In this document: in pieces, positions 31,757 through 44,602 of the stretch
Position numbering within the stretch: the stretch's first letter is position 1
Layout: each line of letters begins with the position of its first letter
NCBI GenBank assembly: GCA_028826165.1
Contig: JAPDFW010000022.1
Location: 442,758-506,757, forward strand
Source of the DNA: Anaeramoeba ignava BMAN
Lineage: Eukaryota; Protista; Anaeramoebae
DNA length: 64,000 nt
Direction of reading: 5' to 3'
Made by a program: the position numbers and the translations under genes
Notes under the pieces: generated by a model
What the model was told of the DNA's origin: nothing
What the model saw: the letters and a program-made list of their open reading frames with translations, nothing else
Database searches by the model: none

Positions 31757-33804
31757 ATGTCAGAAACATCACAAACTATTTCCAATCTTAAAAAATTAAT
31801 ACTCACAGGATTAGGAGCATATATAACATCTCAATCAATTTTTCGGATAGAACCAAATCAAAATGGGATTGTTTATCAAGAATTTGAATTTTCAAAATTA
31901 ACAAAATTATATGAAAATATAAAATCAACAATAAAGAAGAAACCACAAAGAGAGATAGAAAAAGCACATCAAATAAATCGAGTAGTAGGAAGTGGAATTC
32001 ATTTGAAAATACCATTTTTTGAAAAAGTTGAAAAAATTGATATCACTTCAATTCCAAGATATGTTCCAACAACTGCTTTAACAAAATCTCATCAACAAGT
32101 TAATATTACTCTTCATGTTTGTTCAAGGCCTATTCCTTCTAAATTAATCCCTTTGTTTCAAACTTATGGAAATAATTTTCATGATCGTATTTTGCCAAGT
32201 ATTGCTAGAAATTTAATGATTTCTATTGTTTCTAAAATGAAAACAGATGATATTGTTCAAAAATTTGACCAATTTAAAGATGAAATTGAAGAAAAATTAA
32301 AAAGAGAAGCCTTTAAATATAATCTTCAAATTGATGAAGTTTCTGTTGTAATTTGAAAATTTTAAAATTCAAATCAAAATCAAAATCAAATTAAAATTGA
32401 AAATCAAATCAAAATCAAAATCAAAATTCAAATTTAAAATGAAAATTGAAAATCAAAATCAAAATCAAAATCAAAATCGAAATCAAAATCAAATTAAAAT
32501 TGAAAATCAAAATTAAAATAAAAATAAAAATCAAAATCAAAATCAAAATCGAAATCAAAATCGAAATCAAAATCAAAAATCAAAATCAAAATCAAAATCA
32601 AAATCAAATTCAAAATCAAAATCAAAATCAAAATCAAAATCAAAATCAAAATTAAAATTAAAATTAAAATCAAAATGAAAATCAAAATCAAAATCAAAAT
32701 CAAAATGAAAATGAAAATCAAAATGAAAATCAAATCAAAATCAAAATCAAAATCAAAATCAAAATCAAAATCAAAATCAAAATCAAAATCAAATTAAAAT
32801 TGAAAATCAAAATAAAAATCAAAATTAAAATCAAAATCAAAATTAAAATTTAAATGAAAATTGAAAATTAAAATTAAAATTAAAATTGAAAATCAAAATC
32901 AAAATGAAAATCAAAATTAAAATCAAAATTAAAATTAAAATCAAAATTAAAATTAAAATTAAAATTGAAAATCAAAATCAAAATGAAAATCAAAATCAAA
33001 ATCAAAATCAAAATCAAAATCAAAATCAAAATCAAAATCAAAATCAAAATCAAAATCAAAATAAAAATTAAAATAAAAATTAAAATATAAATCAAAATAA
33101 AAATCAAAATAAAAATCAAAATCGAAATTAAAATAAAAATTTCCTTTATAGACTCATATTAGTTTTAGTCAAGAATATACTCAAGCAATCGAAAAACTTC
33201 ATACTTCAAAAATTAATTTACAAATTTCTGAATCAAATAAAACAATTGTAAAAATTAAAATCAAAAATAAAAAATCAAAAATAAAAAATCAAAATAAAAG
33301 TAATTTCTTTCTAATTTATCAAAAATTAGGCTAAAAATCAATTAGAAATGGATCAATGGAAGATTAGATCTCAATCTGATTTCATTTCAAAAGTAAAAAA
33401 TTTGTTTGAAATTAAATAGTTAATTTTTGGAAAATAAATTAAATTAAATTAAATTAAATTAGGTTGGAAATGCTTTAAAAAAAAATCCAGATTTTTTAAT
33501 TTGGAAAAGAATGGATTTAGCTGGAAAATTTTCTGAAATACTTTTAAAAGGAAAAGAAACAATTACAGCTAATGATTTAATGAAATCTTTTGAATCAACT
33601 AAAAAGGGAATTGAAGGTAATTTAATTCAATATTCAATTTAATTCAATTTAATATTCAATATTCAATTTAATTTAATATTCAATATTCAATATTTAATAT
33701 TTAATATTCAATATTCAATTTTCTTTTCTTTTCTTTTAGAATTTGATAAGTTATTTGAAATTGATCGAAAAGAAGAAAATTCTGATTCCAAAAAAAAGAA
33801 ATGA
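31757..33804 (+). CDS. Divergent prohibitin (PHB2-like, SPFH domain); exons 31757-32347, 33152-33247, 33330-33392, 33463-33616, 33740-33804
   Basis: GIHLKIPF, QQVNITLHVCSRP, DRILPSI, IDEVSV|THISFSQEYTQAIE, VGNALKKNPDFL. Confidence 0.85.
32365..33140. repeat. (AAAATC)n intronic array
   Basis: Hexamer array within prohibitin intron 1. Confidence 0.95.
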
Positions 33805-33927
33805 AACAGATCATTTTTTTTTTGATTAATTAATTCATTCATTAAAATTGAAAAAGTTTCCGAAAAAAAATTAAAAATTAAAAATTAAAATCGCACAATA
33901 AAAAATCAATCAATTAACCAAAAAATT

Positions 33928-36854
33928 TCAAACCCAATCAGTATCATTCAAAAAACTATCAATATCTTCATCATTTTGAATAAGATTATCATCAAATTCA
34001 TCTGAATCAGATTTTGCATTTACTTAAATAAAAAATAAATAAAAAATAAATAATAAATAAATAATAAATAAAATGAATGGAATTTTTTGATTTTTTTAAA
34101 TAAATTAAAAGAATTTACTATCTTCATAAGATTCAGGTTCACTTTCAAAATCCTTTATACTAATTTGATTTGAAATTTGATTTGAAATTTGATTTGAACT
34201 TTGATTTAAGTTTTGGTTTGAATTTTGGTTTGAATTTAAATTTTTTGGATTTGAAAAGTTGTTTTCTTTTTGAGATTCAATTATTGGAGGAGCTAAATTA
34301 GTCAAATCAATATCATTAGGTAATTCAGTTGGAAATTCGATTCCATCAGGAATTTCAATTTGGTCAGGTAGATTCATTGGGAGTTCAATATTATCTGTAT
34401 TTTGATTGGATGTTTCACTTTGATCTGATTCTTGTAATTGCTTTTCAAGTTCGCGTCTTGTTTGGGAAAAATTTTCGAATTGAATTTCTTTCATGAGATT
34501 TTTTTCGATTGTTGTTTTATGAATTGGATTTGGACTTTGATGATGAATTTTTGTTTGGGTTTGAAGATTTGAGCTGAATTTTGCCTGTTTTGTATTGGAT
34601 CTTTTTTGGATGAGAGGAGGATCTGTTTGTATTCTTGGTAATTTATTTGTGACAAGTGGTGAATGCAATTGATTTTGCGATGTTTCTGGTTCTGTTTCTG
34701 ATTCTGAATAAGAATATTTGAAAATTTGTTGCTGATTTAGTGCTGTTGTAGGTGAATTCCTTCTTTTGAGTATTAACGGCTGATATTTGTCTTTGGATCT
34801 TTTCAGAAGACTTGCGAATAAGATGTTTTCTTCAGGTGGTGAAAGTGTTTTTTTCACTGTGTAATCTAAGTTGATTGTATCGCCTGCTGTTTCTGATGGT
34901 CTTTTTTTGATTTTTTTGATTTTTTGTAAATATTTCGAAATGTTGAATTCAAGTGTCATTTTGTTTGTTGCTGAGAATTTGTGGAAAAAATCTACTTTGT
35001 CAATTGTTTTTGATTGGATTACGTTTATTACGTCTCTTCTTGTGTTAAATAACGCTATTAAATCTGTTTGGTTCATGTTTTTTTTTTCAAATTCCTTTCT
35101 AATTTTCTTATCTATTTTTTTGATGAAATAATATAATGCTTCTGTTGCTTCTATTTTTTTTGAAATTAAAATATTTTTTTGAAATTAAATATTTTTTTAA
35201 ATTGAAATATTTTTTTAAATTAAAATATTTCTTTGAAATTAAAATATTTTTTTGAAATTAAAATATTTCTTTAAAATTAAGATATTTTTTTGAATTAAAA
35301 TATTTCTTTAAATCGAAATATTTCTTTAAATCAAAATATTTCTTTGAAATCAAAATATTTTTTAAATCAAAATATTTCTTTGAATTGAAATATTTCTTTA
35401 AATTAAAATATTTCTTTGAATTGAAATATTCTTTGAAATCAAGATATTTTTTTAAATCAAAATATTTCTTTGAAATTGAAATATTTCTTTGAATTGAAAT
35501 ATTTCTTTAAATCAAAATATTTCTTTAAAATTAAGATATTTTTTTGAAATCAAAATATTTTTTGAATCAAAATATTTCTTTGAATTGAAATATTTCTTTA
35601 AATCAAAATATTTTTTTAAATTAAGATATTTCTTTGAAATCAAAATATTTTTTAAATCAAAATATTTCTTTGAATTGAAATATTTCTTTAAATCAAAATA
35701 TTTCTTTTAAATTAAAATATTTCTTTGAAATCAAAATATTTTTTTGAAATCAAAATATTTTTTTGAAATCAAAATATTTTTTTGAAATCAAAATATTTTT
35801 TTAAATTGAAATATTTCTTTGAAATTAAAATATTTCTTTAAATTAAAATATTTCTTTAAATCAAAATATTTCTTTGAAATCAAAATATTTCTTTGAAATT
35901 AAAATATTTCTTTAAATCAAAATATTTCTTTAAATCAAAATATTTCTTTGAAATTGAAATATTTTTTTAAATTAAGATATTTCTTTAAATCAAAATATTT
36001 CTTTGAAATTAAAATATTTATTTTTAATTGAAATATTTCTTTAAATCAAAATATTTCTTTGAAATTAAAATATTTCTTTGAAATTAAAATATTTTTTTAA
36101 ATTGAAATATTTTTTTGAAATTAAAATATTTTTTTGAAATTAAAATATTTTTTTGAATTGAAATATTTTTTTAAATTAAGATATTTTTTTGGTTTTTTTC
36201 TAACCTTCAAGAGGTGTAAATTCTAATGATTTTTTTTCGAGAATTTTAACGTAGTTCATTGGGAAACTTTGAAAAGAAATTTATTATTAATTTTCATTTT
36301 GAATTTGGATTTTGAATTTAATTTTAATTTATTATTAATTTATTATTAATTTTCATTTTGTATTTAAATTTTTGATTTTAATTTTAATTTTCATTTTAAT
36401 TTTAAATTTAATTTTGATTTTGATTTTGATTTTAATTTGAATTTAATTTTAATTTTAATTTTGAATTTTATTTTGAATTTGAATTTTAATTTGAATTTGA
36501 ATTTTGTATTTTAATTTTGTATTTGAATTTGAATTTGAATTTTAATTTGATTTTAATTTTGGTTTTAATTTTGAATTTTAATTTTAATTTTAATTTTGTA
36601 TTTAAATTTTAATTTGATTTTAATTTTGTATTTTAATTTTGTATTTAAATTTTTTTTTTGGGATGTTAACGGAATTAATTATTTTTAATTGGCAAATAAA
36701 TAATTTACACTCCTGTTATCCCATGAGCTCTTCCTTTCCACCAACCATGCTCATTTGTATCAGTTACAGAAATTAAATCACCTTCATAAAACTTTAAACA
36801 ATGTTTTTGATCCGTTTCAAAATCAAAAAGAGCTAAAGCAGGAAGTTCTTGCAT
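33928..36854 (-). CDS. N-terminal SH3 domain protein with disordered acidic tail; exons 36854-36709, 36266-36205, 35150-34119, 34022-33928
   Basis: ALALFDF...LKFYEGDLISV...GWWKG...GV|FPMNYV is an SH3 signature; the splices keep the frame. Confidence 0.85.
35155..36190. repeat. ~19-20-bp (GAAATCAAAATATTTCTTT)-type array in SH3 gene intron 2
   Basis: Tandem array visible directly. Confidence 0.9.
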
Positions 36855-36972
36855 TTATTTAAAAAAAGAAAAATAAAAAAAAATGAAATGAAAAAATTTT
36901 TTTTTAATTTTTTTTGATTTATTGAATTTTTTTGATTTAATTCAATTTGGATTGATTTTATCTTTATTGATT

Positions 36973-39424
36973 TTATTTAATTCTTCTTTTTTCTGTAAGT
37001 ATTGGATTTTCTTTCCAAAATTTTTCTGAAATTATATCAATATGATCCATTATAATTTTTTTCTTTTTTGAAATAGATTTTTGATTTGTATCATTTCGGA
37101 TTGTTTCAATTTCTTCAATTTTACGATATAAAACTGTACCTTTTCGATTAATTTGAGGAAGATCATTATAATTAATTCCAAATTTTGAGAAAAGTAATTC
37201 ATTTTTATCATTTGAGAAAGTTCCCTTTTGATTTTTAATTTTGATTTTAATTTTGATTTAATTTTGATTTTGGATTTTGATTTTGATTTAAATTGATTTT
37301 GATTTTAATTTAAATTGATTTTGATTTTGAATTGATTTGAATTTGTTTTAATTTTGATTTTTATTTAATTTAATTTGATTTTGATTTGATTTTTATTTAA
37401 TTTAATTTTGATTTTGATTTTAATTTGAATTTGATTTTGATTTAATTTTAATTTTTATTTGAATTTAATTTAATTTAAATTGATTTTGGTTTAATTTTGA
37501 TTTTAATTTTAATTTTGATTTTAATTTAAATTGATTTTGATTTTTATTTGAATTGATTTTATTTTGATTTTGATTTTTATTTTAATTTTGATTTTGATTT
37601 TGATTTAATTTTGATTAATTTTAATTTTGATTTTGATTTATTTTGATTTATTTTGATTTAATTTTGATTTAAAAAAAATGAAAGATTACTCTTAATTGTT
37701 CAGTTGCTTCTTTTTCAGAAATTCCTGATTTAACTAAACACCAAAAACATGTATTATATAATGAATTTATATGACAATCTGCTTGTCTCCATGATAAATA
37801 ATCTCTGATATTCTTTTTAGATGGATAACAAATAATTCTTGAATCAAAAGAAGGAATTTCTTTGAGTTCTTGATCCGGAAAGAAGTTTTTCCAATTATAA
37901 ATATAATATCCAGTAAATAATGAAACAAAAGTACTTAAAATTTTACTTGCTCTTCGTGAATATAAAGTTGTTGATTTATGAAGAACAAAACTATTTTTGA
38001 TTTTGATTTTGAATTTGATTTTAATTTTGATTTTAATTTTGATTTTGATTTTAATTTTGAATTTGATTTTGAATTTTAATTTAAATTTGAATTTAAATTT
38101 GAATTTAAATTTGATTTTGATTTTGATTTTGATTTTGATTTTGATTTTGATTTTGATTTTGATTTTGATTTTGAATTTGAATTTGAATTTGAATTTGATT
38201 TTAAATTTGAATTTGAATTTGAATTAGAATTTAAATTTTGAATTTGATTTTAAATTTGAATTTGAATTTGAATTTGATTTTAAATTTGAATTTGAATTTG
38301 AATTTGATTTTAAATTTGAATTTGAATTTGATTTTAAATTTGATTTTGAATTTAAATTTGATTTAAATTTTGATTTTGATTTTAATTTTGAATTTGAATT
38401 TGATTTTGATTTTAAATTTGAATTTAAATTTGATTTTGAATTTAAATTTGAATTTAAATTTGATTTTGATTTTGATTTTGAATTTAAATTAGAATTAGAA
38501 TTTAAATTTAAATTTGATTTTGATTTTGATTTTGAATTTAATTTTGAATTTGAATTTTAATTTGATTTTAAATTTGAATTTGAATTTGAATTTAATTTTA
38601 AATTTGAATTTGAATTTGAATTTGAATTTGAATTTGAATTTGAATTTGATTTTAAATTTGAATTTGAATTTGAATTTAAATTTGAATTTGAATTTGAATT
38701 TGAATTTGAATTTGAATTTGAATTTAATTTTGAATTTGATTTTGAATTTGATTTTGAATTTGATTTTGAATTTGAATTTTGATTTAAATTTGATTTTGAA
38801 TTTAAATTTGAATTTAAATTTGAATTTGAATTTGAATTTGATTTTAATTTTAATTTTGATTTTGATTTTGATTTTAAATTTGAATTTGATTTTGATTTTG
38901 ATTTTAAATTTGAATTTGATTTTGATTTTGAATTTGATTTAAATTTTGATTTTGATTTTGATTTTTGATTTTGATTTTGATTTTGATTTTGATTTTAAAT
39001 TTGAATTTGAATTTGAATTTGAATTTGAATTTGATTTTCATTTTAATTTTCATTTTAATTTTAAATTTGAATTTGAATTTAATTTTAATTTTAATTTGAT
39101 TTTGATTTTAAATTTGATTTTGAATTTAAATTTGAATTAGAATTAGAATTAGAATTAGAATTTGAATTTGATTTAATTTCAAATCAACCTATATTCATCA
39201 CTTTGTCCATAAGCAATAATAACATCACCAAATTCTTCCATAATTTGTTTTGCTGCTTGATTCATTAAACCAATTGCTCTTTTATCATTAGGTTTTTCAA
39301 AAGAATGTATTTGAGAAAATTTATGAAAAGATCTTCCATCAATTCTAACTACAAGCCAAGTATTTAAAAGAAGAGAATCATCTTGTTCAAATTTTTTAAC
39401 ATATTGAAATTGAGTATTTGCCAT
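36973..39424 (-). CDS. THG1: tRNA(His) guanylyltransferase; exons 39424-39189, 37990-37690, 37224-36973
   Basis: YVKKFE, VVRIDGRSFHKFS, YGQSDEYS|F, PSFDSR, YLSWRQADCHIN, DKNELLFSKFGINYN. Confidence 0.95.
37995..39180. repeat. (TTTGAA/TTTTGA)n hexamer array in THG1 intron 1; a related array lies at 37230-37670
   Basis: Tandem array visible directly. Confidence 0.9.
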
Positions 39425-39869
39425 TTTAATTTTGAATTTAAATTTAAATTTGATTTTTTATTTTGAATTTTGAATTATTTGATTTTAAATTAATTTTGAA
39501 TTTATTTGATTTTGAATTTTTAAAAAAAATGAAAAATGAAAAAATGAAATCGGATAAAATTTTTGTTTTTATTTTTTTATTGATTTTTATTGAAATTCAT
39601 CAAATTTACTTTTTCGTTAATTTCAATTAAAAATTTCATTCAAAAAAAAATATTTCAAATCATCTTTTGAAATTTGTTTCAAATCAAATTCAAATCAAAT
39701 TGAATAAACTAAAAAAAAATACTCTTATTCTTATTCTTAAATCATATTCATTCTTAATGTTGATTTTTTGTTTTAAAAATTTTTTTCTTTTTGAAATTCA
39801 CAATTTTTTTTTTGATTTGAAAAAAATTTGACGAATTGAAAAAAGAAGAAAAAAAGAAAAGGAAAAGAT

Positions 39870-40486
39870 TCAAGCTTTTGTGAAGTTTGCCTGATTACCA
39901 ACAATGATACCAACAATAATACCAAAGATACCCAAAGCAGATCCAAAAATTTCGATGATCAAAATCTTAACGAATAAAGAAGGATTTTTAGCATCAGCAA
40001 TTGCACAAGAGCTTCCCACAACGCCTACACACACACCACAGGCAAGATTGCAGAGGCCCGTGATTAGGCCACCCCAGAATATCGCATAACCAGAATAGTA
40101 GTCTCCGCCCCGAGGTGGAAGCGGAAACTCGCTCAATCTTTGATTCATCATAATTGAAATAATAATTCCATAAATTGCAACTGCTTCACAAAATAATATA
40201 CTACATTTCAACAACAAAAATAAGATGGGTTTTGATAAGCACTTTGAATTTATTCACCCGTTTTTTTCTTTTTCTCGTGTGATTGCGTTTGTTGTTTTTC
40301 TTGTTTATTCAATTACCTAACTAGATTTTTTGACCGAATTCGTGGCACTTTAACTGCTCCTCCAACTATACTTGCTCCCGTTATGTAAATTCCCCATGCA
40401 GACCCTACAACTGATATTCCAATCGATGTTGCTATTCCAAGTCCTGCCCAGAACATTGGATCTATTTCCCAGATGTTACTTGCCAT
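39870..40486 (-). CDS. VMA16: V-ATPase V0 proteolipid subunit c''; exons 40486-40317 and 40200-39870
   Basis: [33 protein letters not shown]|[11 protein letters not shown]...[13 protein letters not shown]. Confidence 0.95.
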
Positions 40487-40789
40487 GATTATTTTAAGAA
40501 AAAAAAAATGGAAATGAAAAAAATGAAAATTAATTTTTAATTTTTTTTTTAATTTTTTTTTTCGATTTTTCAGTTTTAATTATTAATAAAAAAAAAATCT
40601 GATTATGCATAATTATTTAAAAGAAATCTAAAAAGAAAAATTGTTTTCAAATAATCTAAAAAGAAAAATTGTTTTCAAATAAATTAAAAAGAAAAATTGT
40701 TTTCAAATAAAATAAATTAAATAAAAATTTGTTTTGTGGTTAAATTGTTTTTTTTTTTTCGAAATAGCAAATCCAAATCCAAATTTAAT

Positions 40790-41180
40790 ATTCAAATCCA
40801 AATTCAATTCAATTCAATATTTAATTCAATTCAATTCAATTCAATTCAATTTAATATTCAATTCAATTCAATTCAATTCAATATTTAATTCAATTCAATT
40901 CAATATTCAATTCAATATTCAATTCAAATCAATATTCAATTCAATATTCAAATCAATATTCAATTCAATTCAATTCAATTCAATATTCAATTTTCAATAT
41001 TCAAATCAATATTCAATTCAATTCAATATTCAATTCAATTCAATATTCAAATCAATATTCAATATTCAATTCAATATTCAATTCAAATCAATATTCAATT
41101 CAATATTTAATTCAATTCAATTCAATATTCAATTTTTAATTCAATATTCAATATTCAATATTCAATTTAATATTCAATTA
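40790..41180. repeat. (TTCAA/ATATTCA)n low-complexity array
   Basis: Visible directly. Confidence 0.85.
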
Positions 41181-41184
41181 AAAA

Positions 41185-42550
41185 TAAATTAAATATAATC
41201 AAAATTAAAACTAAATTTAAAAAAAATAAAATAAGAAATCGGATAATTTATTTTGAAAAATTAATTTGAGAACTAAAATAAAAAAATTGGAATTGATTTA
41301 ATTTTAATTAAAATATAAAATAAAAAATAAATCTAAAATAAAATTAATTCTAAATTAAAAATAAATAAAATGTAATCAAAATTAAAACTAAATTTAAAAA
41401 TAAATAAAATAAGAAATCAGATAATTTATTTTGAAAAATTAATTTAATAACTAAAATAAAAAAATTGGAATTGATTTAATTTTAATTAAAATATAAAATA
41501 AAATCTAAATCTAAATTAAAATTAATTCTAAATTAAAAATAAATTAAATGTAATCAAAATTAAAACTAAATTTAAAAAAAATAAAATAAGAAATCGGATA
41601 ATTTATTTTGAAAAATTAATTTGAGAACTAAAATAAAAATTGAATTGATTTAATTTTAATTAATATATAAAATAAAAAATAAATCTAAATTAAAATCAAT
41701 TCTAAATTAAAAATAAAGTAAATGTAATCAAAATTAAAACTAAATTTAAAAATAATAAAATAAGAAATCGGATAATTTATTTTGAAAAATTAATTTAATA
41801 ACTAAAATAAAAAAATTGGAATTGATTTAATTTTAATTAAAATATAAAATAAAATCTAAATCTAAAAATAAAATCAATTCTAAATTAAAAATAAATTAAA
41901 TATAATTCAAAAATTCAAACTAAATTTAAAAATAAAATATTCAAAATCGGATAATTTATTTTTGAAAAATTAATTTAAGAACTAAAATAAAAATTCAAAT
42001 TCAATTTCAATTTTAATTAAAATATAAAATAAAATCTACATCTAAAATTGAAATTAATTCTAAATTAAAAATAAATTAAATATAATCAAAATTAAAAATA
42101 AATTTAAAAAAAATAAAATAAGAAATCAGATAATTTATTTTGAAAAATTAATTTAATAATTAAAATAAAAAAATTGGAATTGATTTAATTTTAATTAAAA
42201 TATAAAATAAAATCTAAATCTAAATTGAAATTAATTCTAAATTAAAAATAAATTAAATATAATCAAAATTAAAACTAAATTTAAAATAAATAAAATAAGA
42301 AATCGGATAATTTATTTTGAAAAATTAATTTGAGAACTAAAATAAAAAAATTGGAATTGATTTAATTTTAATTAAAATATAAAATAAAATCTACATCTAA
42401 AATAAAATCAATTCTAAATTAAAAATAAATTAAATATAATCAAAATTAAAATTAAATTTAAAAAAAATAAAATAAGAAATCGGACAATTTATTTTGAAAA
42501 ATTAATTTAATAACTAAAATAAAAAAATTGGAATTGATTTAATTTTAATA
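41185..42550. repeat. ~178-bp tandem satellite, about 7.7 copies
   Basis: AAATC(G/A)GA(T/C)AATTTATTTT recurs at about 41241, 41420, 41597, 41770, 41949, 42127, 42305 and 42482. Confidence 0.92.
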
Positions 42551-43036
42551 AAAATAAAAAATAAAAAATAAAAAATAAAAATTTTTAAAAAATTGAAATC
42601 AATACATAATCTTTTCATTTTTTATTTTTTATTTTTTAAATAAATAAAAAGTTGACAACTTTGGAATTTCTTTTTGATTTTTTTTTCTTTTAAAAAATTT
42701 CAATTAAATTGATCAATAAAACATTTTTAATTATAAATTTAAAGATCAATTTATTTATTATTAAATTTTAATGAAAAATTTAATTTCAGACAAACTTTTC
42801 TCATTTTAAATTAAATTAAAAAAAATTAAATTAAAAAATTAAATTAAAAAAGAAAGATTTTCTTTTTTGAGAATGAAATGACGTGTTAAGATTTTTTTTT
42901 TTAGGAGTTTAAAAGAAAAAAAAATCAAAAACCATTTTCACTTTTCTTTTTAATTTTTTTTTATTTTTCAATCTTTTTCTATTAAAATTTTTTTTATTTT
43001 TTCAACTAGTAAAACAACAAAACAAAAATAAAACAA

Positions 43037-44086
43037 ATGGATACAAAAAAACCATTCAATTTTACAATAGAAGAACAAAATAAGCACACAACTTCTTTTC
43101 TTTTTGATCCTCCAATAATTTTTAAAGATTTTGGAAAAAATCAAGTTGATTATAATGTTTTGGATGATGAAGATCCTTTTAATATTTTTGATTCTGTAAA
43201 TCCTTTTGATTTTGATCAATATCCATTTGATTCTGAAAATCCTTTTAATTTTGATCAATATCCATTTGATTCACCAAATGAAATTGGAATTGATGGTTTG
43301 GATTTTAATTCTCATGAACAACCATTTTTGCCAAATAAAAAAGAATCAATTCAAGATATATTATTTGCAAAAGATGAACAAAAAGAAGAAGAAAATCAAG
43401 AAAAAGAAGAAATCCCAAAATTTAATCAAATTAATTCATTTGAAAAAATTAGTTATTCACAAGCACTTAAAGAAATAACACAAGATCAAGATGAACAAGA
43501 TGAACAAAATAAAATTGAACAAATTGAAGAAAATCAAATTGAACAAAATGAACAAAATAAAGAAAATCAAATTGAAGAAAATAAAATTGAACAAATTGAA
43601 CAAATTGAAGAAAATAAAATTGAACAAATTGAAAAACCCAAAAGAAAAAGAAGAGCAAAAAGAAAAAAACAACAATATGAAGATCTTAATCCAAAAAGAG
43701 CAAAAAAATTCCAATTAGCAATGAAACAAGCTTCAAAAAAAACAAATATTGAAGGAGAAACAGTTGTTCTTAGAAGATTAAAAGAAATTGCGAAAATATT
43801 TGGAACAAAATTTTCTTATATTGAAAGAGCTAATAAAGAAATATCAATTAACGGAAAATTAACAACTTGGAACAATTTGGGACTTGAAAAAGGGGATAAA
43901 ATTGTAATTACAGATTCTCTTATTTACAATGAAGGAAAAATTCGATTTGAAAAAGCAAAAAATCCAAAACCTATTGAAAAATATATTGAAAATGTCCGAC
44001 ATTCCTACTTAAAAGCTTTTAAAAACCACGGATTCCAAAAAGATAATAAATATGAACAAGGCAAAATGATTTTTATGCTTTTATAA
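43037..44086 (+). CDS. Unknown family, paralogue 1 (acidic N-terminus, basic NLS-like patch, conserved ~135-aa C-domain)
   Basis: Intronless ORF; C-domain YEDL.P...ASKKTNIEGETVVLRRLKE shared with two downstream ORFs. Confidence 0.8.
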   Translation: MDTKKPFNFTIEEQNKHTTSFLFDPPIIFKDFGKNQVDYNVLDDEDPFNIFDSVNPFDFDQYPFDSENPFNFDQYPFDSPNEIGIDGLDFNSHEQPFLPNKKESIQDILFAKDEQKEEENQEKEEIPKFNQINSFEKISYSQALKEITQDQDEQDEQNKIEQIEENQIEQNEQNKENQIEENKIEQIEQIEENKIEQIEKPKRKRRAKRKKQQYEDLNPKRAKKFQLAMKQASKKTNIEGETVVLRRLKEIAKIFGTKFSYIERANKEISINGKLTTWNNLGLEKGDKIVITDSLIYNEGKIRFEKAKNPKPIEKYIENVRHSYLKAFKNHGFQKDNKYEQGKMIFMLL

Positions 44087-44602
44087 ACTTTTAAAAAAAG
44101 TGGACAATAAGAACAAAAAGAAAAAATTGTTTATTCTTGTTGTTTTTGTTTATTTTTGTTTTTATTTTTTTTTCCTTTTTTCTTTTTGTTAATAAATTTA
44201 TCAATAAAAGTTATTTATTTTTATCAAAATTTAAATTAAAAATTTTTTATTTCTTTTTTTTCTTTTTTTTTTTTTATTAAAAAAATTAATTAAAAATTAA
44301 AATCGGAAAAAAAAATTTAATTAAAATCTTTATTTAAAATCTTTATTTCAGTTCTTACTTTAAAAAAACAATTTATTTGGATTCAAGTTTTAAGTAAAAA
44401 CAAAATTCGACAACTTTTTTAATTAAATTAAAAAAATTTAATTAAAAATTGATCATAAAACGTGTAAAAAATTTTAATTAAAATTCCAAAAGGAAAAAAA
44501 AAAAGAAGAAGAAGTATTTTTTCTTCGTTTTTTTTTAATTATAATTTTTAAATTCATTTTTAATTTCATTTTTTTTTTTAAAACAAATTTAAAACTCAAA
44601 AA

